From an uncultured archaeon (lineage in GTDB: Archaea; Aenigmatarchaeota; Aenigmatarchaeia; QMZP01; QMZT01), in NCBI GenBank assembly GCA_964447525.1, contig CAYUSU010000002.1, positions 23,362 to 82,295 of the forward strand: a stretch of 58,934 bases of DNA. Direction: 5' to 3'. This document shows positions 19,031 to 27,821 of this stretch, piece after piece. Position 1 is the stretch's first letter, and every line of letters starts with the position of its first letter. The translations under genes were made by a program, and so were the position numbers. Under the pieces are notes generated by a model. The model saw only the letters and a list, made by a program, of their open reading frames with translations. It was not told the origin of the DNA and did not search any database.

Positions 19031-19801
19031 ATGAGACTTGTTGCTTTAGTAGACAAACCCAGCGGTCCTACATCCTTCGATTGCGTCGAAACACTGACAA
19101 AGAAATTCAAAGTAAAGAAGGCGGGCCACACAGGCACGCTTGACCCGAAAGTGACTGGCCTGATGATAATCGCTCTGGACGAAGCCAGGAAAGCGATACC
19201 TGTTCTTATGGGAATGGACAAGGAATACGAAGGAAAGATGATTCTTCATAAAGACGTTTCTACCGATTCTCTGAAAAAGGCAATGAAAAAATTCATCGGC
19301 AACATAACCCAGATGCCTCCGGTACGTTCCAGAGTAGCAAGAAAACCGAGGAAACGGAAGGTATACTCTTTCGAACTGCTGAAAGAGAACGGAAGAGAGA
19401 TCGGGTTCAGTGTCAGATGCGAGGCGGGAACCTACATACGTAAGTTGGTCCATGACGTTGGAGAACACCTGAAAACAGGCGCTCACATGGCCAATCTCCG
19501 AAGAGTATCAATAGGACCGTTCCAGATCAAGGAATCATTTCCCCTTGAAAAGATCAGGAAAAGTGATCTCGTTCCGCTGGAAAGCGTTCTCGAAAGGATA
19601 CTGCTGAAAAAGGCCGTGGTTAACAGCGATGCCGTAGAAAAGATCAGGAACGGCGTTCCTGTCGGTAAGGAAATGGTAATAAAATCAGAGGAATTTCGAA
19701 GGAATGAAACGTTCGGTATATACGACGAAGAGGGAAACATAATAGCCCTCGGAAAGAAATCAGATGGCAAGATAAAGGCTGACAGGGTTTTCAATAAGTG
19801 A
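19031..19801 (+). CDS. cbf5: H/ACA RNP pseudouridine synthase Cbf5 (TruB family with PUA domain)
   Basis: GPTSFDCV, catalytic GHTGTLDPKVTGLM, and a C-terminal PUA (AVVNSDAVEKIRNGVPV). The start is set at ATG 19031. Confidence 0.85.
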   Translation: MRLVALVDKPSGPTSFDCVETLTKKFKVKKAGHTGTLDPKVTGLMIIALDEARKAIPVLMGMDKEYEGKMILHKDVSTDSLKKAMKKFIGNITQMPPVRSRVARKPRKRKVYSFELLKENGREIGFSVRCEAGTYIRKLVHDVGEHLKTGAHMANLRRVSIGPFQIKESFPLEKIRKSDLVPLESVLERILLKKAVVNSDAVEKIRNGVPVGKEMVIKSEEFRRNETFGIYDEEGNIIALGKKSDGKIKADRVFNK

Positions 19802-19900
19802 AACCTTTTTCTAAATCAAGGAAAACAATAAAAATTCAAGCGGATACTAAATAGTATACAACAGCATATAACAATCAATCGAAACGTCTGATGACTTGCA

Positions 19901-19908
19901 TTTAATAA
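19901..19908 (+). promoter_or_regulatory. TATA-box-like element upstream of tRNA-Thr
   Basis: TTTAATAA lies at -30 to -23 relative to tRNA nucleotide 1, the usual archaeal spacing. Confidence 0.45.
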
Positions 19909-19948
19909 TCAGGTCATCTTTCGTAATACTGCCTCGGTAGCTCAGTGG

Positions 19949-20007
19949 GGAGCCTTTTCCGGACGTTGACACATGTCACAAAAGCCTCCAGGGAAAAGTT
20001 CGCTGAT
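19949..20007 (+). other. predicted tRNA-Thr intron 1 (59 nt, D-loop)
   Basis: BHB with central helix CAGT/GCTG, bulges GGG and ATT, and flanking helix GAGC/GTTC. Cutting after the 2nd bulge nucleotide gives the canonical D arm. Confidence 0.7.
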
Positions 20008-20047
20008 TAGAGCGTTCGCTTGGTAAGCGAAAGGTCGCGAGTTCAAT

Positions 20048-20080
20048 AAGCGTTCACCCTCGAGGGTGCCCGTTTGGAAT
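20048..20080 (+). other. predicted tRNA-Thr intron 2 (33 nt, T-loop 59/60)
   Basis: BHB with central helix TTCA/TGGA, bulges ATA and ATC, and flanking helix AGCG/CGTT. Confidence 0.7.
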
Positions 20081-20150
20081 CCTCGCCCGAGGCTTAAAAC
20101 AGGTCAAAACCCGTAAACAAATATAAATTCATATGCGATAAATGATTACT

Positions 20151-20243
20151 ATGCCTTGTGGAAGAAAACGAAAAAGAAAGAAGATCAAGAAGCACAAACT
20201 CAAGAAGAGAAGGAAGAAGATGAGGCACAGGAAGAAAAAGTAA
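20151..20243 (+). CDS. 30-aa ultra-basic peptide, eL41-like candidate
   Basis: Not in the ORF track (<60 aa). ATG..TAA encodes MPCGRKRKRKKIKKHKLKKRRKKMRHRKKK. The L-x6-M-R-x-R spacing matches the eL41 pattern ..RRLKRKRRKMR.R.. as I recall it. Confidence 0.5.
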   Translation: MPCGRKRKRKKIKKHKLKKRRKKMRHRKKK

Positions 20244-20301
20244 GCAAAATTGACCACTTTTTTATAGTAAAATCATTTAAATACACAAAACAACAATAGT
20301 A

Positions 20302-21075
20302 ATGCGTTCTAAAAGTAGACCAGGGACAAAAAAATACAGAACGGATACAGTATATATTCTTGGATTCGGAAAATACAAAGATAAATCATTATCGCAGATT
20401 CCTTTGCAGAATTGGAATGCCTACTGGTACCTTAAAGAAGGAAATTACAGAGAATTTCTTGCCGCTAATGACGTTGAAAAAATAGATCACGTGGTCAAAG
20501 CTTTTCAGGAATTTCCGGTTCTTATCAAATGCTGCGGAAAATACGGAGATTGTAAAGAAAATGCAGCGAAATTGGCGATACCGTGGGAGAAAAGAATAAG
20601 TGATTATCATAAAGCAGATAAAGGAAGAAGAGTTCAGTTCGAACTCGGGAGCAATCCCTTTTTCTGTGCTCCATGTTATGAAGATTTTGCACATCAACAT
20701 TCAGACGGATCTAGGGGATTGGGTGTGAGGAGTTTTCCGATCAGTTTCGAAATTTTTACTGATAAGAACGGCCATGCCGACTGGAACCTCAACAGAAGCC
20801 AAATTCACGGGCTTTTCAGGAGAATTGCATTTCAATTAAATGGAAGAGACATACATGATGTTATAGATGTTACTAAAATTGACCCCGAACAAAGACCGGT
20901 ATTCAATCGGGAGAACGCGAAAAACGTCGTGAACAAGCTAATGAGCGTGGACGATCTGTTCGGTTTCGAACCAAGCACGATATCCGAATACAATACGAGT
21001 ATTATTTATACCAATTCACAAAAAGCTAAGTTTTTTAGAAAAAAGAAAGAACCAATTGATCCCGGTTTATTTTAG
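20302..21075 (+). CDS. hypothetical Cys-containing protein
   Basis: 257 aa. The N-terminal FGKYKDKSLSQIP resembles the short DUF3820-type motif. No other domain recognised. Confidence 0.5.
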   Translation: MRSKSRPGTKKYRTDTVYILGFGKYKDKSLSQIPLQNWNAYWYLKEGNYREFLAANDVEKIDHVVKAFQEFPVLIKCCGKYGDCKENAAKLAIPWEKRISDYHKADKGRRVQFELGSNPFFCAPCYEDFAHQHSDGSRGLGVRSFPISFEIFTDKNGHADWNLNRSQIHGLFRRIAFQLNGRDIHDVIDVTKIDPEQRPVFNRENAKNVVNKLMSVDDLFGFEPSTISEYNTSIIYTNSQKAKFFRKKKEPIDPGLF

Positions 21076-21111
21076 ACAAACTATAAAAGTCCGCTCTGCA
21101 ATGTTAATATC

Positions 21112-21465
21112 ATGGCGGAAAAACCAAAAGAAAAGCCGAAAGAGACCAAAGAAGAGAAAAAAGAAGAAAAGACCGAGGAAAAGCCGAAAGAAGAAACAAA
21201 GGTCGACGACAGGAAGGAACTGAATCTTTCGAGGATATCCGTCATAATTCACGTTATTATCGGCGTCGTGGCCGGATGGGCTTCCTACCATACGGTGGAT
21301 GCCCTCTACGGGATCGGAATAATGATCGTTTTTCTGATGATCTCCGGTTATGTTTCTGAAAAGGTTGTTAACAAAAAGGGTATAAAATGGTGGCTCGCTA
21401 ACGGCGGGGCCATATTCGTGTTAATCTGGCTGATCAGCTGGATATATTTCCTTAACATGGTTTAG
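21112..21465 (+). CDS. small membrane protein with Lys/Glu-rich N-terminus and three TM spans
   Basis: 117 aa. AEKPKEKPKETKEEKKEEKTEEKPKEETK is followed by 3 hydrophobic helices. The stop TAG is immediately followed by the arsA/get3 ATG. Confidence 0.6.
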   Translation: MAEKPKEKPKETKEEKKEEKTEEKPKEETKVDDRKELNLSRISVIIHVIIGVVAGWASYHTVDALYGIGIMIVFLMISGYVSEKVVNKKGIKWWLANGGAIFVLIWLISWIYFLNMV

Positions 21466-22413
21466 ATGTTCAAGCGGAATAAAGAGACAACCTATCACTT
21501 CTTTTCAGGTAAAGGGGGTGTAGGGAAGACGAGCGTTTCGGCAGCTACCGCTCTTTATTTTGCCAATAGCGGAAAGAAAACCCTGATCATATCCACGGAT
21601 CCTGCCCATTCCCTTTCCGATTCCTTCGAAACGAACATAGGTGGGGAGGTCAAGGAATTGCGAAAGAACCTTTTCGCGGTGGAAATCGATCCCAAGAAGG
21701 CGATGCAGGAATACAAGGAAAGGTTAATGCCGAAAATCGAGAACATGGGCTTCCTCAAGGGACTGGGACTGGACGATACCTTCGACATCGCAGGAATGAC
21801 TCCTGGCATAGACGAGATAGCAGCATTCGACAAGTTCCTCCAGTATATGCAATCGAAAGATTATGATATTATCGTGTTCGATACGGCTCCTACCGGCCAT
21901 ACACTGCGTTTCCTCTCGCTTCCGGACGTTCTGGATTCATGGGTCGGGAAGATGATCAAGATACGGATGCGATTTTCCGGGATAGCGGACACGTTCAAGA
22001 AATTCCTTCCGTTCGGGGAGTCCGGCGAAAGCGATAAAAAAATAGGAACAGAACAGTTGGACATCATGAAGGAACGGATAGCGGAGGCAAAAAAAATCCT
22101 TTCCGATCCTTCAAAAACCCATTACAACGTGGTCACGATAGCAGAGGCTATGAGCATCCTGGAGTCCGAACGTTCAATACAAGTTCTGAAGGAATACAAC
22201 ATTCCCGTGGAATCCGTCATTGTCAATCAGCTCATACCTGAAAATATGGATTGCCCGTTTTGTACAGAAAAACGAAGGATACAGCAGGGAAGGGTGAAGG
22301 AGATCGAAAAGATGTTCTCGGAATTCAATATAAGACACGTCCCATTGCTCAAGGAAGAATTGAAGGGATTTGACATTCTTGACAGGGTAGGAAAAGAATT
22401 ATACGGAAATTAA
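21466..22413 (+). CDS. arsA: ArsA/Get3 (TRC40)-family ATPase
   Basis: Deviant Walker A GKGGVGKTSVSAATA, STDPAHSLSD, and DTAPTGHTLRFL (switch II). Confidence 0.9.
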   Translation: MFKRNKETTYHFFSGKGGVGKTSVSAATALYFANSGKKTLIISTDPAHSLSDSFETNIGGEVKELRKNLFAVEIDPKKAMQEYKERLMPKIENMGFLKGLGLDDTFDIAGMTPGIDEIAAFDKFLQYMQSKDYDIIVFDTAPTGHTLRFLSLPDVLDSWVGKMIKIRMRFSGIADTFKKFLPFGESGESDKKIGTEQLDIMKERIAEAKKILSDPSKTHYNVVTIAEAMSILESERSIQVLKEYNIPVESVIVNQLIPENMDCPFCTEKRRIQQGRVKEIEKMFSEFNIRHVPLLKEELKGFDILDRVGKELYGN

Positions 22414-22516
22414 GCATTCAATTACGGGTTATGTCCTTTATGATGATTCTGGTCTGTTACGGGCACATTGTTTCAAAATTTATATCGTATTTTGAGTTCA
22501 TATACCAATTCTAAAA

Positions 22517-22954
22517 TTAAACGTTTTGAATAAGTTCTTTTGCCTTATTCATGATTTCTAGCCATTCAGGTGGTTTTTGGAACATGTAAGGAATTTCCAA
22601 TTCGGCAAGCTTTTGTATAACCTCTTTGTATGCTTTTTCCTCTGCCTGACCGGTCAGAACGATTATTTTTTTATTTTCGTATAACGGATGACCCTTTTCT
22701 TTCAGACCCAATATCAATTCTTCCCCGCCCATTTCAGGCATGTTCCAGTCCGTAATTAACAATTGGACCGTTAAAGGGTTTTTCAGGCAGAATTCCAGAG
22801 ATTCCTTCCCATTAGCACATGCTTCGGTCTGGCCTTCTCCGAACAATTCTAATCTCTGAAGATATCTTCCGCCCAAATTTGCGATTACCGGTTCATCATC
22901 AGCGACAACAGCGTATTTTGATTGACCGGGGGTTGATTTAGTGTAATCACTCAT
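22517..22954 (-). CDS. single-domain response regulator (CheY-like receiver)
   Basis: VVADDE, phospho-acceptor context LLITDWNMP, VLTG and FQKP. All canonical receiver positions are present. Confidence 0.85.
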   Translation of the reverse strand: MSDYTKSTPGQSKYAVVADDEPVIANLGGRYLQRLELFGEGQTEACANGKESLEFCLKNPLTVQLLITDWNMPEMGGEELILGLKEKGHPLYENKKIIVLTGQAEEKAYKEVIQKLAELEIPYMFQKPPEWLEIMNKAKELIQNV

Positions 22955-23005
22955 TAATAATAATTAATCACATGTTTTATAAAGTTTCTTTATCCAGAAA
23001 ACTAC

Positions 23006-23401
23006 CTAGTTGTCCATTGTAACTGCGTTTTTGAAATTTCCGAACAGATCATAAGGCTTGGAAAGCACTTCCCATTCCAGCTCTGTGCCGACCCCGAGTT
23101 CCGTTACCTTTCTTCTTGTCATTTCTTGATCCATGCCGCTGATAACGACTACTTTTCCGGTATATCCTTCTTTTTTCAGTCCTATTAGAAGCTGTTCTCC
23201 GTCCATTCTTGCCATAGGCATTCTCATGTCGGTTATTATGAGTTTTACTGTTTCCGGTTCGTTTCGATAACTATTCAGAGCATCGCTGCCGTCAGTAAAA
23301 TCATCCACCGGACAATAACCGAATCTAAGCAAGGCCATTTTGGTAGATTCCCTCACACAAGGCTCATCATCAACAAGAATAGCCCTATATTTACTACTCA
23401 T
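23006..23401 (-). CDS. single-domain response regulator (CheY-like receiver)
   Basis: The start is set at ATG 23401 (MSSKYRAILVDDEP). IITDMRMP, VISG and LSKP are present. The 220-aa track ORF is an upstream extension into ahcY. Confidence 0.85.
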   Translation of the reverse strand: MSSKYRAILVDDEPCVRESTKMALLRFGYCPVDDFTDGSDALNSYRNEPETVKLIITDMRMPMARMDGEQLLIGLKKEGYTGKVVVISGMDQEMTRRKVTELGVGTELEWEVLSKPYDLFGNFKNAVTMDN

Positions 23402-23436
23402 TAATAAAAAATAATTAGAAGGTTTAAAAAGGTTCC

Positions 23437-24696
23437 TCAGGTCCCTTCCTGCCATCCGGTCAGATAAGCCTTCTGTTCTTTTGTGAGAGTGTCTATCTGA
23501 ACACCGAGCGATTTCAGTTTCATCCTGGCAACGGTCATGTCTATCTCCTTGGGAACGACATGGACCTTCACTTTCAGCTTTCCCTTGTTCTTGATTATGT
23601 GATCCGCCGAAAGCGCCTGTAAACAGAAGGAATTGTCCATCACCTCGCTTGGATGACCTTCTGCGCATGCCAGGTTAACGAGCCTCCCTTCTCCCAGAAG
23701 GAACAGTTTCTTCCCGTTTTTAAGCGTTATTTCCTCGACACATCCGCTTACCTTTTTGATGGATTTGGCCATGCTCTTCAGCCCCTTCACATCGACCTCG
23801 GTGTCGAAATGGCCGGCATTCGAAAGTATGGCGCCCGATTTCATTTTGGAAAAATGCTCTTTCTTTATCACGTTCTTGCACCCGGTTACCGTGACGTATA
23901 TGTCACCGTATTTTGCGGCATCGCCCATCGGCATCACGTCGTGTCCGTCATAATACGCTTTCAGCGCCAGTACCGGATCAACCTCCGTCACGATGGTATG
24001 GGCTCCCATCCCCTTTGACATGGCTGCGACTCCCTGGCCGCAATGTCCGTAACCGCCCACGACGACGGTCTTTCCCGGAATAAGGATATTCGTGGCCCTT
24101 ATTATCGAATGGAGCGAACTCTCTCCGGTGCCGTAGAAATTATCGAACATGTTCTTGCATTGCGCGTCATTGACCGCGATAATGGGATACTTCAGTACGC
24201 CGTCTTTCTCCATCGCGCGGAACCGGATGACTCCGGTCGTCGTTTCTTCCGTCCCCCCGATTACCTTCTTGATGAGATCCTTTCTTTTCGTTTGTATTCT
24301 GGTGACAAGATCTCCGCCGTCGTCCATGGTGATATCGGGTCTGGATTTCAGGACCTGATCAACACACCAGTAATATTCCTTGTTGTTTACGCCTCTCCAT
24401 GCGAAGACGTTTATCCCTTCGCTGACGAGGCCTGCCGCTATGTCGTCCTGCGTGCTCAGCGGGTTGGAACCGCACAAATATACGTTCGCCCCCCCTGCTT
24501 TCAGCGTCTTCATGAGAACCGCGGTTTCCTTGGTAACGTGTAAACAGCATGCGATTGTGTAACCTTTCAGCGGCTTTGATTTCGAAAAACGACTCTTAAT
24601 ATTCATAAGAACCGGCATGTGGTTTTCAGCCCACTCGATCTTAAGCTTGCCCTGTGAAGCAAGTTTCATGTCCTTTACTTTGCCCATAAATATCAC
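23437..24696 (-). CDS. ahcY: adenosylhomocysteinase
   Basis: 419 aa. KIEWAENHMPVL, NAD-binding GYGHCGQG and a C-terminal YLTGWQEGT-type end. Confidence 0.95.
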   Translation of the reverse strand: MIFMGKVKDMKLASQGKLKIEWAENHMPVLMNIKSRFSKSKPLKGYTIACCLHVTKETAVLMKTLKAGGANVYLCGSNPLSTQDDIAAGLVSEGINVFAWRGVNNKEYYWCVDQVLKSRPDITMDDGGDLVTRIQTKRKDLIKKVIGGTEETTTGVIRFRAMEKDGVLKYPIIAVNDAQCKNMFDNFYGTGESSLHSIIRATNILIPGKTVVVGGYGHCGQGVAAMSKGMGAHTIVTEVDPVLALKAYYDGHDVMPMGDAAKYGDIYVTVTGCKNVIKKEHFSKMKSGAILSNAGHFDTEVDVKGLKSMAKSIKKVSGCVEEITLKNGKKLFLLGEGRLVNLACAEGHPSEVMDNSFCLQALSADHIIKNKGKLKVKVHVVPKEIDMTVARMKLKSLGVQIDTLTKEQKAYLTGWQEGT

Positions 24697-24722
24697 TCCT
24701 CAACACATAATCATTTTAGGTT

Positions 24723-25760
24723 ATGATATTAATGTTTTTTGATATAAATAATATTATGAAAAATGAAGTGATCGAGGCAATGAAGAAGCCGGACACATAC
24801 GACGAGCCGGTAAACCACATAGATATGATCCAGACCCATATTTCATGGGTGTTCCTTACCGGAAAATATGCTTATAAGATAAAAAAACCGGTAGACTTCG
24901 GCTTCCTGGATTTCTCTACTCTGGACAAAAGGAAGATGTTCTGCAACAAGGAGCTGGGAATCAATAAACTCTTCTCCCCGGACCTCTACCTCGGGGTATT
25001 GCCTGTCAACAGGTTCAACCATGATCTGAAGATAAACGGGCCTGGAGAAACCGTGGAAGTACTGATAAAGATGAAACAACTGCCTCAGGACAGGCTGATG
25101 GACGTTCTCCTCGAGAGGAACGAAATCGGAAATGAAGTGATAGACCAGATAATAGATATCCTCGAGAAGTTCTATTCGAAAACAACCGCATTTAGAGATC
25201 CATGGTCGCAAGGGGGGATAGATACGGTCAAGTTCAACTGGAACGAAAACTTCAAGCAGACATCCAAATACATCGGCATCCTTCTCGAAAGGAAAGAATT
25301 CAATGAGATAAAGAGCAAAGTGGAAATGTTCATGAAAGGAAAGAAAGAGATGATACAAAAAAGACAAAGGGACGGATTCGTGAAATGGTGTCATGGTGAC
25401 CTCCATTCAGGAAACATATTCGTGACCGACAAGGTCAACATATTCGACGCGATCGAGTTCAACGAACGCTTCGCCATCTCCGATGTTGCGAATGACATTG
25501 CGTTTCTCGCTATGGATCTGGATTTCAGAGGCAAGAAGAATCTTGCTGATCATTTCGTTAATAAATACATAGAGAAGAGCGGGGACACAGATCTTACCAC
25601 ACTGCTTGGCTTCTATATGTGTTACAGAGCGTATGTCCGCGGGAAGGTTACCGGATTCCGGCTGGACGATCAGAACATTTCGAACGAGGAAAAAGAAAAG
25701 GCAAGAAGAATCGCGAAAAGATATTTCGAGTATGCGTACCAGTATTCGAAGGAATTTTAA
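24723..25760 (+). CDS. APH-like phosphotransferase (kinase-fold) protein
   Basis: Catalytic loop HGDLHSGNIF and metal-binding IFDAIEF. An alternative ATG lies at 24756. Confidence 0.7.
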   Translation: MILMFFDINNIMKNEVIEAMKKPDTYDEPVNHIDMIQTHISWVFLTGKYAYKIKKPVDFGFLDFSTLDKRKMFCNKELGINKLFSPDLYLGVLPVNRFNHDLKINGPGETVEVLIKMKQLPQDRLMDVLLERNEIGNEVIDQIIDILEKFYSKTTAFRDPWSQGGIDTVKFNWNENFKQTSKYIGILLERKEFNEIKSKVEMFMKGKKEMIQKRQRDGFVKWCHGDLHSGNIFVTDKVNIFDAIEFNERFAISDVANDIAFLAMDLDFRGKKNLADHFVNKYIEKSGDTDLTTLLGFYMCYRAYVRGKVTGFRLDDQNISNEEKEKARRIAKRYFEYAYQYSKEF

Positions 25761-25791
25761 CAAATAAAAAGCTTATTTTTCTATTCAAGCA

Positions 25792-26127
25792 ATGAAAAAA
25801 ATACTTTACACTGGTGACGTTTTAATAATTCCGTATGGACTAAACAAAGCTTTCACCGAATTTTCAAAAAGCCCGGATAAATATAAAATTTGGAGGGCAC
25901 CCTTCCCGCCTGATAGGGAAACCATAGAAAATTTCGATTTAACCATTGTGCATTTCAGAGAATATCCTTCTATTATTCAAGTTATGAACAGACTCGATAA
26001 AGACAATGAAAGTCCCGTTGTTTTCACGAGACCTGGCATTGAGGGAAGCGATATTAATACCAAGCCAAATTGTTATATTGTTGACGATGATTTACTTATG
26101 GAAAAAATTAATGAAATCCTTGGTTAA
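25792..26127 (+). CDS. hypothetical protein
   Basis: 111-aa ORF between the two kinase-like genes. No recognisable motif. Confidence 0.4.
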   Translation: MKKILYTGDVLIIPYGLNKAFTEFSKSPDKYKIWRAPFPPDRETIENFDLTIVHFREYPSIIQVMNRLDKDNESPVVFTRPGIEGSDINTKPNCYIVDDDLLMEKINEILG

Positions 26128-26600
26128 AAAATTTCATCCAGTTTTTCTTTCCATTTTCCCGTCGTATCCAGAACTATGTGATCTTCTTCGATGGGTTCCC
26201 ATTGGTCCTTTATTTTCTCGTAAACCAAAAAGTCCGCGTCTGATTCGTCACCCCTACCGTTACTGATCCTTTTCATGATCACTTCTTCCGGTGAGACGCA
26301 TTCGATAATCTTTAGCTCACTTCCGGTTTCCTTAGATATCCGGATAATCCTTTCCCTGAGCGACTTCCTGAAGAACGTCCCGTCAATGATCACGTTCTTC
26401 CCTTGACCCAAAGCCTCTTCAGCCATTACGAACAGTTCTCCATACACTTTCTTTTTTTCTTCTTCGGAATACTCTGGATATTTTATGATCTCTTTCCTGA
26501 TCACGTCCGTCCTCAGAACCAGTGCATTGATCTTGTCCTGGATATACCTTGCGGTGGTGCTTTTTCCCGTCCCCGGCAACCCGCAGATTAGAATCAACAT
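26124..26600 (-). CDS. P-loop kinase (AAA_33-like)
   Basis: MLILICGLPGTGKSTTARYI Walker A. At 158 aa the size and layout fit small nucleotide/sugar kinases. Confidence 0.75.
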   Translation of the reverse strand: MLILICGLPGTGKSTTARYIQDKINALVLRTDVIRKEIIKYPEYSEEEKKKVYGELFVMAEEALGQGKNVIIDGTFFRKSLRERIIRISKETGSELKIIECVSPEEVIMKRISNGRGDESDADFLVYEKIKDQWEPIEEDHIVLDTTGKWKEKLDEIF

Positions 26601-26634
26601 GAATTATAATTGAAAGCATGAAATAAAAATTGTT

Positions 26635-26919
26635 TCATTCAAGAAGCGAACCTTCCAGAATCTCCGGATGCTCAACAATTATCTGGTTGGAATCCATTCT
26701 GTGGGTGACGTTGAACATATAAGCCTTCTGATCATAGTCGAACCTTTTTTCAATGATTCCTCTTTGCTCAAGAAAATTCAGCCCCGCTCTCACGTTTTCC
26801 GGGACAACAAAATACTTCCTTGAGACCTGTTCCATTATCTCCTCGACATTTACAGGTCTGCCCTTGTTGTCCAGAGCTTTCAATAGAAGATTGTACGTAA
26901 ATACAGGAATACCAGACAC
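26635..26919 (-). CDS. hypothetical protein, possible winged-helix
   Basis: 94 aa. The NVEEIMEQVSRKYFVVPENVRAGLNFLEQRGIIEK pattern suggests wHTH. This is a weak inference. Confidence 0.4.
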   Translation of the reverse strand: MSGIPVFTYNLLLKALDNKGRPVNVEEIMEQVSRKYFVVPENVRAGLNFLEQRGIIEKRFDYDQKAYMFNVTHRMDSNQIIVEHPEILEGSLLE

Positions 26920-27059
26920 CCCACAGCGAGTTTTACACCCAATAATTCATGAGAATGATGCTTTAAATAAATAATTTTATTCGGGAGCAATATTATCATT
27001 TCTCATCTTCGATGTCGCTTCGCTGAAATGATATAATGCACCCTCATTAATTATCAAAC

Positions 27060-27821
27060 ATGAAATTAAATTTCCTTTCAGAAATTGAATTGAGCAAAAA
27101 GGATAAAGAGAAAGGTTTGGTGCTGCCTGATCAATTATCTGAAGATTTAGCTTACTTGTGTGGTGTGTTGGCTGGAGATGGTAATATCAATATCAGAAAA
27201 TGGAAATATGATTATGTAATTAAGTGTGTAGGAAACCCAAAAGATGAGGTTGAATATTATGATAAAATCATTAAAGATAAATTCTTGAAAGTTTTTGGAA
27301 TTCAAATTAATCCTAAATTACATGACAAAGGAACTACTTATGGTTTTAGTACATGGTCAAGAGCTTTGGTAAGATTTCTAACTGAAATTATAGGACTTCC
27401 TTCAGGAAAGAAATACGGAAAATTGAAAATCCCATCATTGTTTAAAGATAATGATTTATTCGTTGCATCATTTATCAGAGGTCTTGCTGATACTGATTTT
27501 AGTCTAATGTTCAAAAAAGGAAGTAAAAAGAATCCATATTATCCAGTGATTGTTGGAGTTTCTAAAAGTGAATCTTTTATGAGAGAGGTTATGAATCAAT
27601 TGAAAATCTTTGGTTTTTCCATGTATTTTGAGAAAAGAACATATTATGATAAAAGAGTTGAAAAAAACATTACAACCTATAGAATTTATCTGAATGGAGA
27701 AAAACAACTTGCTCTCTGGAATTCAAAAATTGGATTTGAACACCCAAAAAATCTGAATAAATTAAATATTCATGAGAAAAGAAAAAAAACAAAAATAGCG
27801 AGGGATGGAATTCCAGAATGA
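27060..27821 (+). CDS. double-motif LAGLIDADG homing endonuclease (free-standing)
   Basis: Two LAGLIDADG motifs are present, LAYLCGVLAGDGNI and FIRGLADTDFS. The ORF is visibly AT-rich relative to its flanks. Its last ~26 nt (27796..27821) overlap the tRNA-Met gene antisense. Confidence 0.85.
   Translation: MKLNFLSEIELSKKDKEKGLVLPDQLSEDLAYLCGVLAGDGNINIRKWKYDYVIKCVGNPKDEVEYYDKIIKDKFLKVFGIQINPKLHDKGTTYGFSTWSRALVRFLTEIIGLPSGKKYGKLKIPSLFKDNDLFVASFIRGLADTDFSLMFKKGSKKNPYYPVIVGVSKSESFMREVMNQLKIFGFSMYFEKRTYYDKRVEKNITTYRIYLNGEKQLALWNSKIGFEHPKNLNKLNIHEKRKKTKIARDGIPE

Larger units (their letters stand above)
19931..20094 (+). tRNA. tRNA-Thr (anticodon GGU at 20022..20024) with two predicted non-canonical introns
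   Basis: Acceptor GCCTCGG/CCGAGGC with discriminator T. Anticodon arm TTCGC-TTGGTAA-GCGAA. T arm GCGAG/CTCGC. Removing 19949..20007 restores the D arm GCTCAGTGGTAGAGC. Removing 20048..20080 restores a 7-nt T loop TTCAATC. Confidence 0.85.

Noticed and set aside
19888-19920. Overlapping inverted repeats (CTGAT..ATCAG and GATGAC..GTCATC) with a UGAUGA-like string just upstream of tRNA-Thr. Considered as a C/D-box sRNA or regulatory hairpin.
   Set aside because: There is no D box at a suitable distance. The segment also contains the TATA-like element of the tRNA promoter, so a separate RNA gene is unlikely.
23006-23668. The 220-aa version of the second response-regulator ORF.
   Set aside because: The N-terminal 89 codons overlap the 3' end of ahcY in another frame and are Arg/Ser/Gly-rich junk. 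The receiver domain starts at the ATG at 23401.
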